Below, piece after piece: positions 59,817 through 64,000 of a stretch of DNA of 64,000 nt. The notes under the pieces were generated by a model. It saw only the letters and a program-made list of their open reading frames with translations, did not search any database and had not been told where the DNA came from. The first letter of the stretch is position 1; every line of letters starts with the position of its first letter. Source of the stretch: Bacillales bacterium (GTDB taxonomy: Bacteria > Bacillota > Bacilli > JARBTR01); the NCBI GenBank assembly GCA_029240105.1, contig JARBTR010000004.1, forward strand, positions 78,620-142,619, read 5' to 3'. The translations under genes were made by a program, and so were the position numbers.

Positions 59817-60296
59817 ATGTTTGAAAAAACGACATATTTCGGCACAAAAGAAGAAAATTACCAAACCGTTGCAAAACAACTTCATCACCTTATTGATGGA
59901 GAACCAAATATAATTGCTAACTTAAGCAATGCAGCAGCTCTTTTGAATGTTTTTTTAGATGATATCAATTGGGTTGGTTTTTATTTATTTGATGGAAAAG
60001 AATTAGTTTTAGGACCATTTCAGGGATTGCCAGCTTGTATTCGAATCCCTATTGGACGCGGCGTATGTGGTACAAGTGCGAAGCTTCTTGAAGTTGTTCG
60101 TGTTCAAGATGTCCATGAGTTCCCTGGTCATATTGCCTGTGATGCTGCATCTCAATCTGAGATAGTATTACCAATTTTAAAAAACGGAGAGCTATTTGGT
60201 GTTTTAGATATTGATGCTCCAATTAAAGCACGTTTTGATGAGATTGATGAAGCAGGCTTAAAACTTTTTGTTAGAACTTTAGAGGAAATGTTGTAA
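59817..60296 (+). CDS. ytsP: GAF-domain protein (free Met-(R)-sulfoxide reductase family)
   Basis: WVGFYLF...LVLGPFQG.PAC..IP.GRGVCG pattern. Between ezrA and rpsD as in B. subtilis. Confidence 0.75.
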   Translation: MFEKTTYFGTKEENYQTVAKQLHHLIDGEPNIIANLSNAAALLNVFLDDINWVGFYLFDGKELVLGPFQGLPACIRIPIGRGVCGTSAKLLEVVRVQDVHEFPGHIACDAASQSEIVLPILKNGELFGVLDIDAPIKARFDEIDEAGLKLFVRTLEEML

Positions 60297-60321
60297 AAAT
60301 GTAGTTAACATAATAAAAACT

Positions 60322-60350
60322 TGACTTAAGCACGTAGAAATTATAAGATA
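60322..60350 (+). promoter_or_regulatory. candidate sigma-A promoter of rpsD
   Basis: TTGACT (60322-60327), 17 nt, TAAGAT (60345-60350). Confidence 0.5.
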
Positions 60351-60356
60351 TTCTTT

Positions 60357-60538
60357 GTGCAAAATATCGCAGCTTTTGTGAGAATGCTGTAAACTAGTTC
60401 ATTCCTAGTGTGTTCAACACACTACGGTGCAAGAGTAACCCGCGCTGCGCAGGCCAAAATGCAAGAAATGAAATGGCTACTCATCGAATTCACAATCGTT
60501 TTTATTTTTCACAATAAAAACTAGGAGGACATACTAAA
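60357..60538 (+). promoter_or_regulatory. rpsD 5' leader (probable S4 autoregulatory target)
   Basis: About 180-nt GC-rich untranslated leader (gtgttcaacacac hairpin, gcgctgcgc segment) before AGGAGG-ATG. The Bacillus rpsD leader is known to be autoregulated by S4. Confidence 0.45.
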
Positions 60539-61141
60539 ATGTCACGTTACACAGGCCCATCATGGAAATTGTCTCGTCGCGTAGGTTTATCACTTAGCGG
60601 TACAGGCAAAGAATTAGCAAAGCGTCCATTCGTTCCAGGACAACACGGTCCAACTCAACGCAAAAAAATGTCTGAGTATGGATTACAATTAAACGAGAAG
60701 CAAAAGCTTCGTCACATGTTCGGTGTTTCTGAAAAGCAATTTAAAAACACGTTCGTGAAATCAGGCAAAATGTCTGGTAAACACGGTGAAAACTTCATGG
60801 CTCTTCTTGAGTCACGTTTAGACAACGTAGTTTACCGTTTAGGTCTTGCTCGTACTCGTCGTCAAGCTCGTCAAATCGTTAACCACGGTCACGTTATGGT
60901 TGACGGACGTCGCGTTGATATCCCTTCATACCAAGTATCTGCTGGTCAAACAATCACACTTCGTGAAAAATCAGCTAACCTTGCAATCGTGAAGGAAGCT
61001 CTTGAAGCGAACCTATTCGTTCCTGAATTCTTAACTTGGGATGCTAACAAAATGACTGGTACATTCAACCGTTTACCAGAGCGTTCTGAAATGGCTCAAG
61101 AAATCGAAGAATCTCTAATCGTAGAATTCTATTCTCGTTAA
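60539..61141 (+). CDS. rpsD: 30S ribosomal protein S4
   Basis: [26 protein letters not shown]... 200 aa. Confidence 0.97.
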   Translation: MSRYTGPSWKLSRRVGLSLSGTGKELAKRPFVPGQHGPTQRKKMSEYGLQLNEKQKLRHMFGVSEKQFKNTFVKSGKMSGKHGENFMALLESRLDNVVYRLGLARTRRQARQIVNHGHVMVDGRRVDIPSYQVSAGQTITLREKSANLAIVKEALEANLFVPEFLTWDANKMTGTFNRLPERSEMAQEIEESLIVEFYSR

Positions 61142-61168
61142 TCCTATTAACGAGATTTATAAAAGAAA

Positions 61169-61195
61169 AGCTCATCCAATGGATGAGCTTTTTTG
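61169..61195 (+). terminator. terminator of rpsD
   Basis: agctcatcc aat ggatgagct followed by T5. Confidence 0.8.
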
Positions 61196-61249
61196 TTCGG
61201 TAAAATAGTCAAATCTTTGATAAATTTTATTGTTTAAACTATCCCTCAT

Positions 61250-61774
61250 CTAACTAATCAAATTATAAGCTGATTGAATAAAAGTTCTTAACAAATTTTT
61301 ATCTATCATAAGGATAAACGTGATAAATAAAAGAGCACAAATATAAATCAGTCTTTCTTCCCTTCCTGTAGTTCTGTAAACGGGGCATTTCCGCCGTTTA
61401 CGATCAAATGGTAGATATAAAGGGACACCTGACACAGAAAAGAAATCTTCAATAATATGCAAGAGATAACCAAGACTAACGCCTAATGTAAAGGAGTTAG
61501 GTATAAATAGCATGAAGAATATGAACAAAACGAACCACGTAATAAGTGAATGCGTGGCACCTCTGTGACCAAATCTTTTATGAATCACTTTTCCAAGACC
61601 AAATGAATGGCGACTAATAAATGATTTAGGATGATCAATATCAGGCAAAATGCTTCCCAAAGTTACTCCAGCTACAAAACAAATACTAAATGGATAAGCA
61701 ATGATAGAGGCAAATGCTGCACTCATACCTATTGAAGTTGCCACATGTGTTTTTTCAACCACTATAAACACCAC
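61250..61774 (-). CDS. DUF457 membrane-bound metal-dependent hydrolase (YdjM-like)
   Basis: LPDIDHPKS and GHRGATHSL motifs. Polytopic. Confidence 0.65.
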   Translation of the reverse strand: MVFIVVEKTHVATSIGMSAAFASIIAYPFSICFVAGVTLGSILPDIDHPKSFISRHSFGLGKVIHKRFGHRGATHSLITWFVLFIFFMLFIPNSFTLGVSLGYLLHIIEDFFSVSGVPLYLPFDRKRRKCPVYRTTGREERLIYICALLFITFILMIDKNLLRTFIQSAYNLIS

Positions 61775-61897
61775 TATTCTTAAAATATAACTCGTCTTAT
61801 TAGATAATGGATATGTGTGATGTTAATGGTTCATGACATCCCTTGCATTGTTACAAAAAAAGACATGCTTTCATACATGCCCTTTATCAAATACAAT

Positions 61898-62632
61898 TTA
61901 TTTTTTCTTACTAGTATCTGTACCCTGCATCCATGGTACATACGATGGAACTTGCCCTTGCACCATGCCCATTACAAGTGGGACATGTGTTGTAACAGTT
62001 GTTTCCTTTGAGGAAAATGGCGCGATGGTTTGCACTCGAACTGTGGCTTTTATTACAATTTTTACAAAAGCATTGTTAATTCCATAAGATTCTATTTCAG
62101 GTACTACGTCCGTCTCCACATCCCCTACAACATCAAATTCAATAGGCATCTCAGGTCCTAGACTTGTTAAGAAGACATTTCCAGTTGCTAGACCTAAGGG
62201 GACATAATAAACGATTCCTTCTTCACCCTTTTTAAGTTCGACATCAGATAACTTTTCAAGCTTTGAAAGCTTTCCTTGTTCTGCGTTCCGTAAATTTTCT
62301 TGGATTGCATCTGTTGTTCTTGCTAAAATCTCATTCATTTTTTTTGCATCAAACTGAATCATGGAAGTTGAATCCCCATTTGGGACCGTTTTAATTATTT
62401 CATTAATATCTGGATTTTTAGCAGCTTCAGATTTTATGGCATCATTGATTACTAAAGTTGCAATCTTCTTTGTTTGCGATTCTGAATACCGAAGCACCCT
62501 CGTCTTAATCTTACTATTCACTATCCATATCCCTATTACTGTTGAAAAAATGAACACCGCACATGTCAGTAGCAAAACATAACCGAATGGCAATGGCCCT
62601 CTTAATGGACTTATCGATCTTTTCATCCTCAA
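61898..62632 (-). CDS. yunB: sporulation protein YunB
   Basis: 244 aa: N-terminal TM, then the YunB-like block KIATLVINDAI...VPLGLATGN. Confidence 0.65.
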   Translation of the reverse strand: MRMKRSISPLRGPLPFGYVLLLTCAVFIFSTVIGIWIVNSKIKTRVLRYSESQTKKIATLVINDAIKSEAAKNPDINEIIKTVPNGDSTSMIQFDAKKMNEILARTTDAIQENLRNAEQGKLSKLEKLSDVELKKGEEGIVYYVPLGLATGNVFLTSLGPEMPIEFDVVGDVETDVVPEIESYGINNAFVKIVIKATVRVQTIAPFSSKETTVTTHVPLVMGMVQGQVPSYVPWMQGTDTSKKK

Positions 62633-62882
62633 AAATCAACTCCCGTTGGTAATAAATTTAACAATGAAAATGTTCATTTTATTTGTAATTAGCACTTCGA
62701 TTTAGAGCAATTTGGAAAATCGCGTAAATGTGACGTTTCCCTCAAGACAAGTCTATGTTATCTTTCCAAGAGTTTTAACCAATAAAAATTTCTTTCAGAA
62801 ACTAATTAAAAATTCGTGAAATTGAAAAGAGCATACCACTTCATGAATGGTACACTCTTAACGCTTACATTTTAAAATTAAT

Positions 62883-63419
62883 TTAATTTGATGTTGGGAT
62901 TAAATACTTGTGTATATGGCGAAGTTCACCTTCTGCAAAGACTTCAGTTGTATCTATTCGAACCCCACCGTTGTTCTCCATAACCTTTGCAGATGCGGGA
63001 TTACTTACAGCACAGGTTAACAACGCTTCTTTGATACCCAGTTTTGCTGCTTCCTTAAGAAGTAACTTTAACTGCAGAGAACCAAATCCACTATTCCACT
63101 TGGACGGACGTATCATATAACCAATATGACCACCGTAAGATTGTAAAGCAGGAGTTAAGTAGTGACGAACACTTCCTAAACCAATAAACTCGTTATTTTC
63201 AACCAACCAAAAGGTTGTATCTGGTACATAGTCAGGTTTGAGATTTATCCCTTCTCTTCGATCTTTATAGGTTTGGAAAATGGAATTTTTCCACTCATCA
63301 TATTGGGCGGGGTCATGTATACTAAATGTTTTTACATCACTATCTCTCATTTCTTGACACGCTTCAAGATAGCTATGCAGATATTCTTCAGATGGCAAAA
63401 TTAATTGAACTTTATCCAT
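62883..63419 (-). CDS. GNAT-family N-acetyltransferase
   Basis: 178 aa with a GNAT core (WNSGFGSLQLKLLLKEA). Confidence 0.7.
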   Translation of the reverse strand: MDKVQLILPSEEYLHSYLEACQEMRDSDVKTFSIHDPAQYDEWKNSIFQTYKDRREGINLKPDYVPDTTFWLVENNEFIGLGSVRHYLTPALQSYGGHIGYMIRPSKWNSGFGSLQLKLLLKEAAKLGIKEALLTCAVSNPASAKVMENNGGVRIDTTEVFAEGELRHIHKYLIPTSN

Positions 63420-63482
63420 AAAATGAACTCCTTATATTAAGTTGAAAGCACTTTACCCTATAAATCTATGTTTAATTTACTG

Positions 63483-63938
63483 TCACAATTCTTGTTTCAG
63501 TCGAATCATATCTCTACATTGAATTCCATTTTCATAGATTTCCTCTGGATAATTTTTAATAAAATAGTCTTTATCAATACACTCGATTTGAAAACCACAT
63601 TTTTGATAAAGAGCCAATTGACCGATACTCGAATTACCAGTTCCAATTTCAATTGTCTTAAATCCTAAAAACCGAGCAGTTTGTATCGCGTGAAGGACCA
63701 ACTGTTTTCCAATGCCCTTTCCTTGATAGTTTTCAGAGACAGCAACATTTACTATTTCAGTACTCTCAGAACTTATTGGTGACAAAACACAAACGCCTAC
63801 AATTTTATTCTCTACCTCAGCAACAAAACATTCACCTTTATTTAAATACCCTCGAATCATTTCTTCAGAAGGATCAGCCAATAAAAGTAAGGACATTGGA
63901 ACAATTTCGTCGTTCTGGTTTAATCTACGAATGACCAT
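63483..63938 (-). CDS. GNAT-family N-acetyltransferase
   Basis: YQGKGIGKQLVLHAI acetyl-CoA motif. 151 aa. Confidence 0.8.
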   Translation of the reverse strand: MVIRRLNQNDEIVPMSLLLLADPSEEMIRGYLNKGECFVAEVENKIVGVCVLSPISSESTEIVNVAVSENYQGKGIGKQLVLHAIQTARFLGFKTIEIGTGNSSIGQLALYQKCGFQIECIDKDYFIKNYPEEIYENGIQCRDMIRLKQEL

Positions 63939-64000
63939 AATATCACCACAATAAAATATATTCTTTTTTAAGCATTGTAATAAGGAAAGTCAATAATATC

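Overview
64-kb stretch of a low-GC, spore-forming Bacillaceae-type chromosome. It is largely collinear with the B. subtilis thrS / mdh / pyk-pfkA / dnaE / nrnA / ackA / ytfIJ / thiI-nifZ / ezrA / rpsD region. I call about 60 protein genes, almost all housekeeping: glycolysis and PTS, acetate kinase, malic enzyme, a pyruvate:ferredoxin oxidoreductase pair, a soluble SdhAB-like pair, a CoA-disulfide reductase with rhodaneses, sporulation genes, comK, an ABC-F protein, and several GNATs and peptidases. I see no rRNA or tRNA genes, IS or transposase, prophage, CRISPR-cas or recognisable defence genes. The unusual content is non-coding and shows up as GC-rich, hairpin-dense islands in AT-rich spacers. 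(1) Two 462-bp copies of a foldback element lie at 19051-19512 and 32245-32706. By hand they align without gaps, with 37 substitutions. Each copy has about 80-nt inverted-repeat arms, a tRNA T-arm look-alike core, a promoter-like box at one end and a hairpin plus U-run at the other. One copy sits just upstream of mdh and the other just upstream of dnaE. (2) Two tandem, diverged units of about 130 nt fill the nifZ-thiI spacer (56416-56687). They are bounded by an 18-nt direct repeat and show stem covariation between units. (3) A 410-nt ORF-free, hairpin-dense segment lies downstream of the ABC-F gene (41978-42387) and carries a thrice-repeated ATAAATCTCAGA-type motif. I could not assign any of these to a known RNA family or mobile element from the sequence alone. 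They are the best candidates for something undescribed. Lesser oddities: a 31-bp perfect palindromic terminator, an anchor-less SdhAB-like enzyme inserted in a conserved locus, a PfkA with an apparent C-terminal internal deletion, and a yxlEFG-like/ArsR/SdpI-like operon with a perfect 10-2-10 palindrome upstream.
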